64,000 nucleotides of DNA from Heteronotia binoei (taxonomy: Eukaryota). Positions within the stretch are counted from its first letter, which is position 1; every line of letters starts with the position of its first letter. The stretch lies in assembly GCF_032191835.1 (NCBI RefSeq), contig NC_083223.1, positions 255,688,001-255,752,000 of the forward strand, read 5' to 3'. Made by a program: the position numbers and the translations under genes. The notes beneath the pieces are model-generated. The model was not told where the DNA came from and ran no database searches. It saw only the letters and a program-made list of their open reading frames with translations. Shown here in pieces: positions 1 to 10,325 of the stretch.

Positions 1-526
1 CTGGCTGAAAGTGGCTGACCCCTTGCCAACACATTTTGTAGCAATGGAAACTTCCAAGCAGTCTTCAAAAGTCAGTTCCAGGTAGCCAGTGGTACAGTAG
101 CTCAAACTGGAGGTTACAGTAGCCTGGACCAAGGAAGCAGAATTTAGATAAGAATCTGGAAAACTGAGAAAACCATACATTTTTATTGCCCCTCAACACA
201 AACTTTGGGGAGCTGGGGTGGAAACAGAATAAAGAATCATCTGGGACTTTAATGGGAATCCAAAATGCAAACAAAGCTGTGCTCAGCACTCCCGAAAGGG
301 GCCGTAAACCCAGCGCTGAATGAGACCCCGGCCACATTCTGAGCATTCGAAAGGAGAGGGATAACCTTGTTAAGACTCCTATAGCAAAATAAAACAGAAA
401 TTTATTCTAAAGGGCAGAAATGGAAGGAAAATATAAGAGACACACATCTTAGCAAAGAGTAGAGACTCTAACCCATAAATCAGGCTGAGACCATAGGGCC
501 ATCCTGTCATTGCTTCATTCTTTTGC

Positions 527-815
527 GAAGGAGGAGGAGGAGGAGATTGGATTTATACCCCACCCTTCACTAGCCAAAGGAGTCTCGAAGTGGCTTACAA
601 TCTCCTTTCCCTTCTCGTCCCCACAACAGACACCCTATGAGGTAGGTGGGACTGAGAGAGCTCTCCCAGAACTGCCCTTGAGCAGAACAGCCCTGAGAGA
701 ATTTGCGGCTGACCCAAGGTCACATCAGCAGGCGTATGTGGAGGAGGAGGGAGGAATCAAACCCGGTTCTCCCAGATAAGAGTCCACGCACTTAACCATT
801 ACACCAAACTGGCTT
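527..815 (-). mobile_element. Squam3-like SINE (variant body, (CTC)n tail)
   Basis: Reverse complement begins GCCAGTTTGGTGTAATGGTTAAG; same architecture as the copies inside the Gypsy. Confidence 0.9.
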
Positions 816-1691
816 TCCATGCAACTACTGGACTGCAGCACTAACATCCTGTTGAAAAAGAAGGAAGCAGCCTTTATTTGTGAACCGAAGAAGACCATCA
901 GGGATGAAAGAGAAGGTCGGCAAGGAGGAGAAGGACAGCGTGGCAGGGGAACTCCTTGGCTAATCAGGACACCTATCCCTCCTGGGGCCTGTGCAATTCC
1001 CCCCCCCACACACACACACACCAGACGGGCAGCAAAGCAGCCTTTTGTGTACATGGCAGAATCTGTTGCTGGCTCTTAAACAGCAGCTGAAAATGCAAAA
1101 CAAAAATTAGGACAGCTGGTGATCAGCTGCAGCCACTCACTCACAAGGAACTCATTCTGCACAGACACAAATGCAATGGTTTAAAACAAAAAATAAAAAT
1201 AAAAAGGCAGATATGCTGCTCATGGGCCTGTCTAGTGCTCATGGCAAGACAAGGTTCTGCAGACCCACCCCCCCCATGCCTGCAAATAACCCAGAAGCCA
1301 ACGTAGCCTTAGGTCAGGACTCTCTTGGTATATGCTTCTGTGCCTGTGTGTATGCTGCAATTCCACACCAACTGGGCTTGCTCTAGAGGCTTTGGCACTG
1401 CGTAGGGTCAACTGCCCCCACAGTACCCCCATCTTCACCCTGCATGGAACATTCCAGAAGGTCTAAAGCTGCAGGAAAAAGCTTTTTTTTTTTCATGCAC
1501 AAAGCTCCAGCTTTAGTCTCCAGTTAATGCGTTTCAGACAGTCTTTGTCTGAAGTACTAGAGATCCAATGCCAGTCGGGAAGGAACCAAGGCTCAACAGC
1601 AGAGCAAACACATGCAGATTGGTCCAGGTTGGCATCTGCAACCAAAGGATCTCATAAGAGCCCTGCTACGTCAGACCAGTGGTCCATCTAG

Positions 1692-2215
1692 TCATAAGGA
1701 CATAAGAAGAGGCTGCTGGATCAAACCAGGGGTCCATCTAGTCCAGCGTCCTGTCTCACACAGTGGCCAAGCAGTTCCTCTGGATGACCAACAACAACAA
1801 CAGGGCAGAGAGGCCGAGGCTTTCCCCTGATGTTGCCTGCTGGTTCTGAGATTCAGTGGAGGTTCCATTCTGAGATTCAGTGGAGGTTCCACTCAGTGGA
1901 GGTTCCACTCATTCACCATGGCTAGTAACCATTGACAGACCACTCCTCCATGAATCTATCAAACCCCTTTTTAAAGCTGTTTATTTCCTGTGGCAGCAAA
2001 TTCCACATTTTAATCACTCTCTGTGTAAACTAATGTGTTCTTCTGTCTGTCCTGAAACTACTGCCCGTCAGCTTCATTGGATGCCCTTGAGTTCTACTAT
2101 TTTGGGAGAAAAATTTATCTGTCAAGTCTCTCTACCCCATGCATAATTTTATATACTTCTATCATGTCCCCCCTTAGCCATCTCTTTTCTAACCTGAAAA
2201 GTCCCAAACTCTTTC
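1692..2215 (-). mobile_element. CR1 LINE 3' fragment (ORF2 end plus 3' UTR)
   Basis: Reverse strand encodes LFRLEKRWLRGDMIEVYKIMHG, followed by a UTR ending in a (TTCTTATG)-like tail. Extra UTR pieces at ~1650-1690 and 2255-2420. Confidence 0.85.
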
Positions 2216-3384
2216 CTCAGAGGGAAAATGATCCAGCCCCCTATTCATCGTGGTTGCCATCCAGCATCCTGTCTCCCAGAGTAGCCAACCAGTTCCTCTG
2301 GAAGGCCAGTAACAAAGCGTAGAGGCTGAGGCCTTCCCCTGATATTGTCTCCTGGCTCTGGAATTCAGAGGTCTGCCTTTGGTCACCATGGCTACTGGCC
2401 ACTGACAGACCTATCTTTCCACCACTAATCATTCCCTTTTAAGGCAGGGCTAAGAAGGCCCTGTACTCAGGAAAGCTGCTGCCACTAAACAGTATCAGAC
2501 TGTCAACACACAGGAGAATTTTCAGCTTCAGTGCCTCACCTCTTCTAGCACAGGAGGGGCCCACTGCTCCAAATCCCAGAGCAGGAACCACGCATAAGCA
2601 CAGAAAAACATAACCCTGGGTACAGAATCTTGCAGACACACCTCCATCAATTTCATCACCCCCACCGCTTGCCGCCCCCTCACAAAATCATATGTCTCCT
2701 CGGTTCACAAAAAAAAAAAGTCCCAAACCAACCTTCTCTCGATGCATCTGTTTCCCCCTCGGCAAACCTCCCAACCCCATTTGCTCAAATGAAACGCAAG
2801 CCCATGTTCAAAGAAGAAGAAAAAAAAAAAGTGTCAAGAGGAAGACAACCGCAAAGGAATCCTGGTACGCAGCTTCGTTAAAATACTCGTAAATAACAAG
2901 GTGGGCCACGGCGAAGGTTTACTTCCTGCTTGCTTGCACAGAAAGTCTCAAGTTGTTTTTTGTGGCAGTGATGCAAAGCGACTGAGCAAAATCAAAGGGG
3001 GGGGGTGTTTCTCAGCAGATCAACTGCTTTGGCTCCATTGGGCAGGGTCTTCCGCCATCTCAGAACGACCTTTCATCAACTTTCTACAGGCCCCCCAGCA
3101 GAATTACACCTTTCTAAGCCCGCTGATTTTGGAGTGTCAGCTCTGCTTAGGATTGCGCGGTTAAAGATGCTTTCATGAAGACCACAGCACCAGCAGCACA
3201 ATCAGGATAGAACCCAGATCCAGGGTTACATCTTGCCTATTGAAGACGCACGGATTAGCAAATGGCATGCATCCACGCATGTGGGTTTACTAGTTGTTTC
3301 CTCCTTACACACGCAGAAACTATTTAAAACAAACTCCTATCAGTTTATACTTTGGAGGGAAAAAAACTATTTCAAACATAACAT

Positions 3385-3565
3385 GTTCGGAACACCCCAT
3401 TAGGCTAGCCTGATCTCATCAGGTTTTGGAAGCAAAGCAGCAAGGACGTTCAGGGTTGCTAAACAGAGGCAGCCTATGGCAAACCACTTCTGAAGCCTCT
3501 TGCCTTGAAAACCCACTGGGATCGCCATGAACCAGCCGTGACTTGAAGGCACTTTCTACCACCGC
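3385..3565 (+). mobile_element. 5S-derived SINE with RTE-like tail
   Basis: GCCTGATCTCATCAGGTTTTGGAAGCAAAGCAG head; ATGGCAAACCAC...TTGCCTTGAAAACCC...GACTTGAAGGCAC tail. Confidence 0.65.
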
Positions 3566-3689
3566 CACAATTCTCATGCCAATGAGATCACTGCTCTAAA
3601 AACTTCACACACACACACACTCTACACAATATCCTTGGCTCTTCTCTGCCTTCTGCATACTTGTACTCATTTACTCTGGAAGAGCTGTG

Positions 3690-3910
3690 TTTATTTGTTT
3701 AGATATTTAAAACTGCTTTTCTCCTCAGCAGTGACCCAACACACTTTATGACTTCATTCCCCCTCGTCCGTTTTACCACCACGACAACCACCCTGTAGGG
3801 CAGATCAGGTTGAAAGGGAGTGATTGGTTCAAGGTCACCTGCAGAGTGAGGATTTGAACCTGGTACTCCCAGGTTCTAGTCTGACAGTCTAACCCGCTAC
3901 AGCACAGCGA
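3690..3910 (-). mobile_element. Older MIR/Squam3-related SINE
   Basis: Reverse-strand CORE motif (ACAACCACCCTGTAGG...CAAGGTCAC...GGATTTGAACC). Similar decayed copies near 26880-27010, 37780-37930 and 55940-56150. Confidence 0.65.
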
Positions 3911-5826
3911 AGAATACCACAGCACGCAGTCGACAAAAAGAGATCTGTCCAACAAACATTTACGCCGCAATAAATGTATTAGTCTTTGAAGCTGTACAAG
4001 ATGTTTGGGTTGGTTTTTAGGAGAATAGACTCAGGACAGACAAAAGAACTTCTTTGTACAATTCTCAAGTAACGTACGAAATTCGTTGCCACAACAACAA
4101 GTGATAGCCACAAGTTTAGATGGCATTAAAGGGGACTAGATAAAATCATAAAAATGGAGGGGGGGGATAAATGGAACCTCTGTGTTTAGAGGCAGTACAC
4201 CTTAGAGTGCCAAATGCCAAGTGGAAAATATACAAGGGGGACTGTCACTTGTTTTGTTTGAGGACTTTCCAGAAGCCTCTGCTGGAAACAGGGCAACAGA
4301 TCAGACAGACAACTGGTCTGGATCTAGCAAGGCAAGATCCAGGCCAGGGATGAGAACCCAGATGTGATCCCAAAAGTTTACAAAATTCTCAGAAATCTTT
4401 CCTCAAGGAGTTCCCCCCTGATCTAACAACCGTCTCAGAATAGCACAAGCAGGAAAACAAGCCCTACCCCCACCAACACGCCTCCAGAATCTATTTTGGG
4501 AATTCCAAAAAAAACCCGGAATGAGTATTAATATCAACAGGAAAACAGTACAATAAAGAAAGTGTGGCCAATGGCAGCCTGAGATCCCTGGTTTCATTCC
4601 AAGGTCCCCCCCCCCCCCCCGCTCAGATCTAATCTGGGGAGCTGGGCCAGGCCGTTTGGGTACCGGTTCCAAAAAGCCATAACACCATCCGTTTCTTTAA
4701 AAAGAAACAAGCCCTCCGCAGTTGTTGGGTTACGTTCAAGCAGCGCCTGTCCTTTAGAAGGCGGAGGAAAGGGGGGGGGGGAGATGAAGAAGAGTTGCTA
4801 ATTTTAACTCTCCGGTGGAAAGAGTGAAACTGTACTTACGGGAGACAGGATGGCTGTGTCCTTTTCCACGTATACACAAGACCCTGGATGTCAGAAAGGA
4901 AACTGGGAGTGCGAGAGGTAGGAGGGAGAGGAGAAAGACTTCTGTGCCCCCTCCCCACACCTCCCCCGTTTCCTCTCACCGCCTGAACAAATGTCCCTAA
5001 AATGTCACAGGCAGTGACGGCCCCTGAGGATCACGACAGCCTCACTCCCCCACTACACTCCTCCCCCCATTCCCCCACGAATATATCCCTGTTCACCGTC
5101 CAGCCGATCCGTTCTTTTGCCCAAACACCATCCTGGGATGACAAGCAGAAACCCTCGGCCTGGCTAAAGGGCAGGAACAGATGCAAAACTCACCGGGCAG
5201 GGGAGGGGGGTGTTAAGCCAGTGCAGTGGCGGGCGTGAGGGGGGTGGAGAAGGGCCGGGTGGCTGCTTAGAAGCAGCTGCCCGAGGAGCCAGCCAGCCGC
5301 CTGGGCTCACTTCCTTTGTGGCCAAAAGAAGCTGTGGCCATTGCTGGAAAGAGGGGGGGGAGGGTGTGTATGGGCAAAGAGGGGGGGCGAGGAATCCGGC
5401 CGCCCCCCCTGCTCTGGCAGGACAGACACCAAAGTGATCTTGACATTTCAGACTGGAAAATCCTTTGGCATGGGTCCCCTTGGGGCTGAGTCTTGCTGAG
5501 CACTTTGTACTCTGACGCACAAACCCCGAGCTTCGGGCACTGCTGCTCCATGCCACAAAAACACTGGGATTCCGTAGGTTGCGTAAAATCGTGCAAATGG
5601 GTCTCTCGCGTTTTGGTGTAACTCAGTTTGAAACTTTTTAACTTGACTTTCCAGTATCGATCCAAACATGGGGAGAGGCAAGGAAGTTACCCGGTCTGTA
5701 ACTGCTGAAAATCTTATTCAAACTATCCCCTTGAGGGAGGCGGTTGTCCACAGACTTCAAGCAGGTCTCCCCCAGGTATTTTGAAGCTACAGCTCTAAGG
5801 CATAGAAACTTGAGTTGGGTTTCAAG

Positions 5827-6015
5827 TAATACTCCTTCTAAACTGTGGAGTCTTGTGAACAAAAAATCTACTTTGTAAGCTACTGGCATTTAAGTTGTGA
5901 GCTAGTGGATAAATTACGTTTGCTCTGGGGCCATTTTTCCTGAGCTAAGACAAAAATGTGTGAGCTGGAGGCTAAAAAACTGTGAGTTACCTCACACTAA
6001 CTAGAGGGAACATTG
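5827..6015. mobile_element. hAT MITE, same family as the outer element at 25785
   Basis: Perfect TSD GTTTCAAG; right TIR CTAGAGGGAACATTG. Inverted copy at 12703-12896. Confidence 0.88.
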
Positions 6016-6223
6016 GTTTCAAGTGATAGTAAAGATTCTCAGAAAGATGAGTTCTACTCCCCATTACTGTATATCCTTCAGTTTTCCTGGGGCACAAAGG
6101 AGAGAGATACACACACATAACACCCACTAAGGTTGCTAGCTGTGGGATGGGAAATTCCTGGAGATCTGGGGGTGCAGCTTGGGGGGGTCATTTGAGGAGG
6201 GGAGGAACCTCAGTGAACCTCAA

Positions 6224-6653
6224 TGTCAGGTGATGGAGACTCAAAGACTGTATTCATTTGAGACAATGTAATACTTTTATTGGAAACTCATAGCTTGAAA
6301 CAGAAATTGAGACTAATACCTTGGCAGGGGTGTTTCTGGGTCTTATGGAATCTACATCAAAGCAACTTCTAAGCAAAGACATTATTCTCAAAACAACAGG
6401 GAGTGAAGGTGCAAACTTTCACACGAGAGCCTCTGCTTATCTCCTAGCCTCTGGGAAGATGCTGGCCAGAGGCGGTATCTATTAACGGTCCCATTCCTTT
6501 GCTCCCGTCACAACCTAAACAAAGTTAACACTTCAAATGTTTCCTTTGATATGCATGGTAACTACAATCTCACAAAGGCTAGGGGTTAGTATAGAAAAGT
6601 CCATTTGGTTAGTATTTTATAATTTCAGTACGATAGAGTTACAGAGCCTGACA
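6224..6653 (-). repeat. 3' LTR of the chromovirus (430 bp)
   Basis: TG...CA termini with a 7-bp terminal inverted repeat; directly preceded on the element strand by the PPT. Confidence 0.97.
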
Positions 6654-6668
6654 TACTGCCCCCCCTAA
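6654..6668 (-). promoter_or_regulatory. Polypurine tract (plus-strand primer)
   Basis: Element strand reads TTAGGGGGGGCAGTA immediately before the 3' LTR TGT, just after the pol stop codon. Confidence 0.85.
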
Positions 6669-6670
6669 GC

Positions 6671-6847
6671 TCATGCTCGGGGTTTGTCTGGGTGCAGTAG
6701 GTAAAATCTTTTTAAAAGAAGAGGTGCCCTTAGATCAGTTGACTTAACCCACTCGTCGCAAGAGGGGGGGAAGTATTTCCATCGGACTAGGAAATGCAAT
6801 GTTCCCCGCTTGAGCTTCGCATCCAATATCTCTTGCACTTCATGATG
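6671..6847 (-). pseudogene. pol C-terminal chromodomain
   Basis: HEVQEILDAKLKRGTLHFLVRWKYFPPSCDEWVKSTDLRAPLLLKRF fits the chromo fold pattern (EV..I....LV.W..F....W). Confidence 0.9.
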
Positions 6848-6849
6848 AC

Positions 6850-7960
6850 TCTGACCCCTCATTTGAATAGGGGTGGGCGTCATAGGGCATGGATGCCAAT
6901 AAGTAGCTCCAGGATCTTTTTTCAGAAGACTGCAATGGAAAACAGGGTGAATTTTACTAAAAAAAATTGGTAATTCTAATTCAACAGTCACTGTATTTAT
7001 TATTCTTTTTATTTTGAATGGTCCCAAATACTTGTAGGCTAGCTTCCTGGATGACTGTGGTAGAGGCAGATTCTTGGTTGAGAGGAATACAGTATCTCCC
7101 ACCTTGAAGTCCCACTCGGGCGAGTGTTTTTTTGTCGAAATGTGCCTTGTAATCCTTTTTGGCTGCTTCTAGATTCTCTTGAATTAATTCCCACCCTTTG
7201 GCCAGTGATTCCCACCATTGCTGACACGATGTGGGGGAACCGGTGGTGTTAGTCACTGGTAGATTAGGAAAAGGCTTCCCTTCATATCCATTCACAATTT
7301 GGAAAGGGGTGGTCTTTGTTGAACTATGTAGGCTATTGTTGTAGCCATATTCTGCAAACGGTAATAGTTCCACCCAATTGTCTTGTTGATAGTTAATAAA
7401 ACACCTTAGGTATTGCTCGAGAAGAGAGTTCACATGTTCTGTCTGTCCGTCCGTTTGCGGGTGGTAGGCAGAACTCAGTCCCTGCTCGATCTCTGTCAAT
7501 TTTCAAAACTCCCGCCAGAAGTTGGCAACAAACTGCGGGCCGCGGTCACTAATGACCTTGTCTGGGAACGAGTTTAGTTTCACAATGTGTTGGAAGAACA
7601 GCCTCACTAGTTTTTTAGCTGTAGGGAGTTGTTTGCACGGTATGAAGTGGGCTTGTTTTGAAAACGAGTCCACCACCACTAGAATCACTGTCCATCCCTG
7701 TGATGCTGGTAGTTCGACTATAAAGTCCATAGATACCACTGACCATGGCCGTCCTGCTGTGGGGGTCGGGCGGAGTAAACCTGGGGTTTTCCCTCCCCTC
7801 CTTTTGGCCATTATGCAGGTGGGGCATGATGTTACAAATTCTGAAATATCCTTTTTCATTTGTGGCCACCAGAACTGTCAGCTCACTCGGTGGAGCATTT
7901 TCACGTAGCCAAAATGCCCGGCCAATTTGCTGCTATGACAGTGCTGCAGTACTTCCTGGC
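6850..7960 (-). pseudogene. pol: integrase (HHCC, DDE core, GPY/F), with stops and a frameshift
   Basis: HSSKLAGH...CPTC; VSMDFI, VISDRGPQF, YHPQTDGQTEHVN; KYLGPFKI, IHPVFHCSLLK. In-frame stops at ~7878 and 7503. Confidence 0.95.
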
Positions 7961-8070
7961 GGAGGCTTTTGGGAATGTATAGTTTCCCTTCCCGATACTA
8001 AAATCATCCTTCTCCCTTCACCAGCCCTTCCAGCCGCTCCTCCCCTTCTTTCTCTGTTTCTATGATTAAT

Positions 8071-8812
8071 TCATTCCTCCCCCCCCCATGGTTTGGGTTT
8101 CCCGGTCTTTTTCCCTGACCGAGTGGTCACGCCCCCAGCAACGTTAGAAGGCGGGATGAGTGAACCTATGGTCTCCTCCTGCTGGCTCTCGTGTTGTGGT
8201 AGCCGAGAGAGGGCGTCAGCTAAAAAGTTCTTTGAGTCCAGTATGCGTCGTAACGATAAATCAAATTTGGCGAAAAACCCCGCCCACCTAATCTGTTTGG
8301 CGGTTAATTTTCGGCGCGCTTTGAGCGCTTCTAGGTTTTTGTGATCTGTCCATATTTCAAATGGTACTCTGGCTCCTTCCAGCCAGGACTGCCAGATTTT
8401 TAGGGCGAATGTCACTGCGAATGCTTCTTTGTCCCAAACTGACCAATTATGTTGTTCATTGGAAAATTTTTTGGTTATATAGGCGCATGGTCTTAATCTG
8501 CCCTCTGAGTCTTTTTGCATCAATATTGCTCCGACGGCTACATTGGAAGCGTCACATTGCACCATGAAGGGTTTCAGTTCATTGGGGTGCGCTAAGATTG
8601 GTTCACTAGTGAACAGTTGTTTTAACTTTTCAAATGCTTTCTGGCACTTGGGGGACCATGCTAGTTTCACGCTTGGTTTTTTCGCCTCTGGTCCCCGCCC
8701 CTTAGTTTTTAACAAGTCTGTTAGTGGCAACATCACTTTACTAAATCCCTCTATGAACCCCCGGTAAAAATTTGCGAATCCGAGGAAAGATTGTAGCTGT
8801 CTACGTGTTCTC
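8071..8812 (-). pseudogene. pol: RT connection and RNase H
   Basis: RQLQSFLGFANFYRGFI...; VQCDASNVAVGAILMQ, WDKEAFAV, WTDHKNL, NFLADALSR. Confidence 0.95.
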
Positions 8813-8817
8813 TACGT

Positions 8818-9100
8818 GAGAGCCAGTTTGGTGTAGTGGTTAAGTGTGTGGACTCTTATCTGGGAGAACCGGGTTTGATTCCCCACTCCTCCACTTGCAC
8901 CTGCTGGAATGGCCTTGGGTCAGCCATAGCTCTGGCAGAAGTTGTCCTTGAAAGGGCAGCTGCTGGGAGAGCCCTCTCAGCCCCACCCACCTCACAGGGT
9001 GTTTGTTGTGGGGGAGGAAGGTAAAGGAGATTGTGAGCCGCTCTGAGACTCTTCGGAGTGGAGGGCGGGATATAAATCCAATATCTTCTTCTTCTTCTTC
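8818..9100 (+). mobile_element. Young tRNA-derived CORE SINE (Squam3-like) inserted in pol
   Basis: Box A TGGTGTAGTGG, box B GGTTTGATTCC, MIR-core-like CCACCTCACAGGGTG, L2-like end GAGGGCGGGATATAAAT, (CTT)n tail. Splits the pol codons E-P-P-R/T-R-R-Q. Confidence 0.92.
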
Positions 9101-9700
9101 TTCTCGGGGGTTCCCAATCTAGTACTGCTTGTATTTTCACCGGGTCCATGGCTAAGCCTTTTCCCGACACTCTGAACCCCAAGTAGTCTAGCTCTTTTTG
9201 ATGAAATTCACACTTTGACAACTTAGCATAAAGTTTGTGCTCGAGTAGGGTGTTGAGCACTTTCCTCACCAACTGGGTATGTGGGAGGGTAGATCCTTTG
9301 AGTAGATAATGATGTCATCCAGGTACACCACCACCCCTTTGTACAGGTACTTCCTCAGTACTTCATTAATAAAGTTCATAAACACTCCCAGGGCTCCCTG
9401 TAGTCCAAATGGCATTACTAGGTACTCGAATTGTCCAAGGGGGTGTTGAATGCCGTCTTCCATTCGTCCCCTTCCTTAATTCTGACTCTGAAGTAAGCGT
9501 CCCTCAGGTCTAATTTTGTAAAAATGCACCCCTCTGATACTGTGCTTAATAAGTCTTTGATTAGGGGGATGGGATAAGCTGGTCGGATGAACCCCCTGTT
9601 TAAGTTTTTGTCCAAGAATTTTCTCAGCTCCGCTTTCTCTGCCCATCCCATCGAGTACAGTTTTGCTTTGGGTAGTTCTTGCCACGGGATGAGTTCAATA
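9101..9700 (-). pseudogene. pol: reverse transcriptase, with frameshifts and an internal deletion
   Basis: FTKLDLRDAYFRVRIKEGDEWKTAF, FEYLVMPFGL, VVYLDDIIIYS (YLDD at 9325-9314), KLSKCEF...YLGF spread across three frames. Confidence 0.95.
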
Positions 9701-10272
9701 GCACAGTCTGTACTTCTGTGGGGGGGGGGAGTTCATCTGCTTCCTTCTCGCTAAACACTTTACATAAGTCTCGGTATTCTTTCGGGATGGACTGTACCTC
9801 TTCTATGGCTAAGCATAGTCTCTCATTCTGAGGGGGAGGCGAGGGGCCCCATTCTACTGACCAGTGGTGATGGATGCACTTTTTGCTGTCAAAGTCTATA
9901 GTTTGCTCTGCCCACTGGATGTTTGGTTGATGTCTCGCCAGCCACCCTACCCCCACTGCTACGTCGAAGGATGAGGAAGGGGCAATTACAAACACTTCCA
10001 TGTCCCAGTGTTCTTTGCTTCCTACCGGGAAGAACTGGGTTTCTTCTATGCATGGTTCGCCCTTCATTACTGTCCCGTCCATCTGTTCAAATTGCAACGG
10101 ATGGGGTAGGGGTGTCCTGGCTAACCCTAGTGCTTTGACTAGTCTTGGGGTGATGATATTCTCTAGTACACCCGGAGTCGATTAGCGCTTGGGTGTGCAT
10201 AAAACGCTTGGAATTTGGATTTAACAACGTTAAAGGGACTAAGAATAGTGCTCCCGATATTCTCACCTGCAA
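9700..10272 (-). pseudogene. pol: aspartic protease region, frameshifted
   Basis: ALIDSGC motif (DSG at 10179-10171), then in another frame ...SFDVAVGVGWLARHQPNIQW, typical of Ty3/Gypsy retropepsins. Confidence 0.9.
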
Positions 10273-10325
10273 GTGGCGCCAACCTGCCTTTCAGCACCGC
10301 TTAGGGCAGGTCGTGCTCGTTTCCC
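10271..10325 (-). promoter_or_regulatory. -1 programmed ribosomal frameshift signal (G GGA AAC plus stem/pseudoknot)
   Basis: GGGAAAC at 10325-10319 is in the gag zero frame (S-G-N-E-H-D-L-P-stop). A 7-bp stem ACCTGCC/GGCAGGT starts 7 nt downstream, and its loop can partly pair with GGCGCCACTT further downstream. Confidence 0.75.

Noticed and set aside
1844-1910. CRISPR-like repeat array (also 50341-50428 and 58829-58858)
   Set aside because: Units are adjacent without unique spacers, in eukaryotic DNA with no cas genes.
5267-5681. 132-aa and 77-aa minus-strand ORFs as host genes
   Set aside because: No recognisable homology, they run through low-complexity G/C tracts, and ORFs of this length arise by chance.
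6654-6680. env or extra ORF between pol and the 3' LTR
   Set aside because: The pol stop is followed almost immediately by the PPT, so there is no room.
8818-8895. tRNA genes
   Set aside because: The box A/B heads continue into SINE bodies and tails in many copies; no standalone cloverleaf gene.
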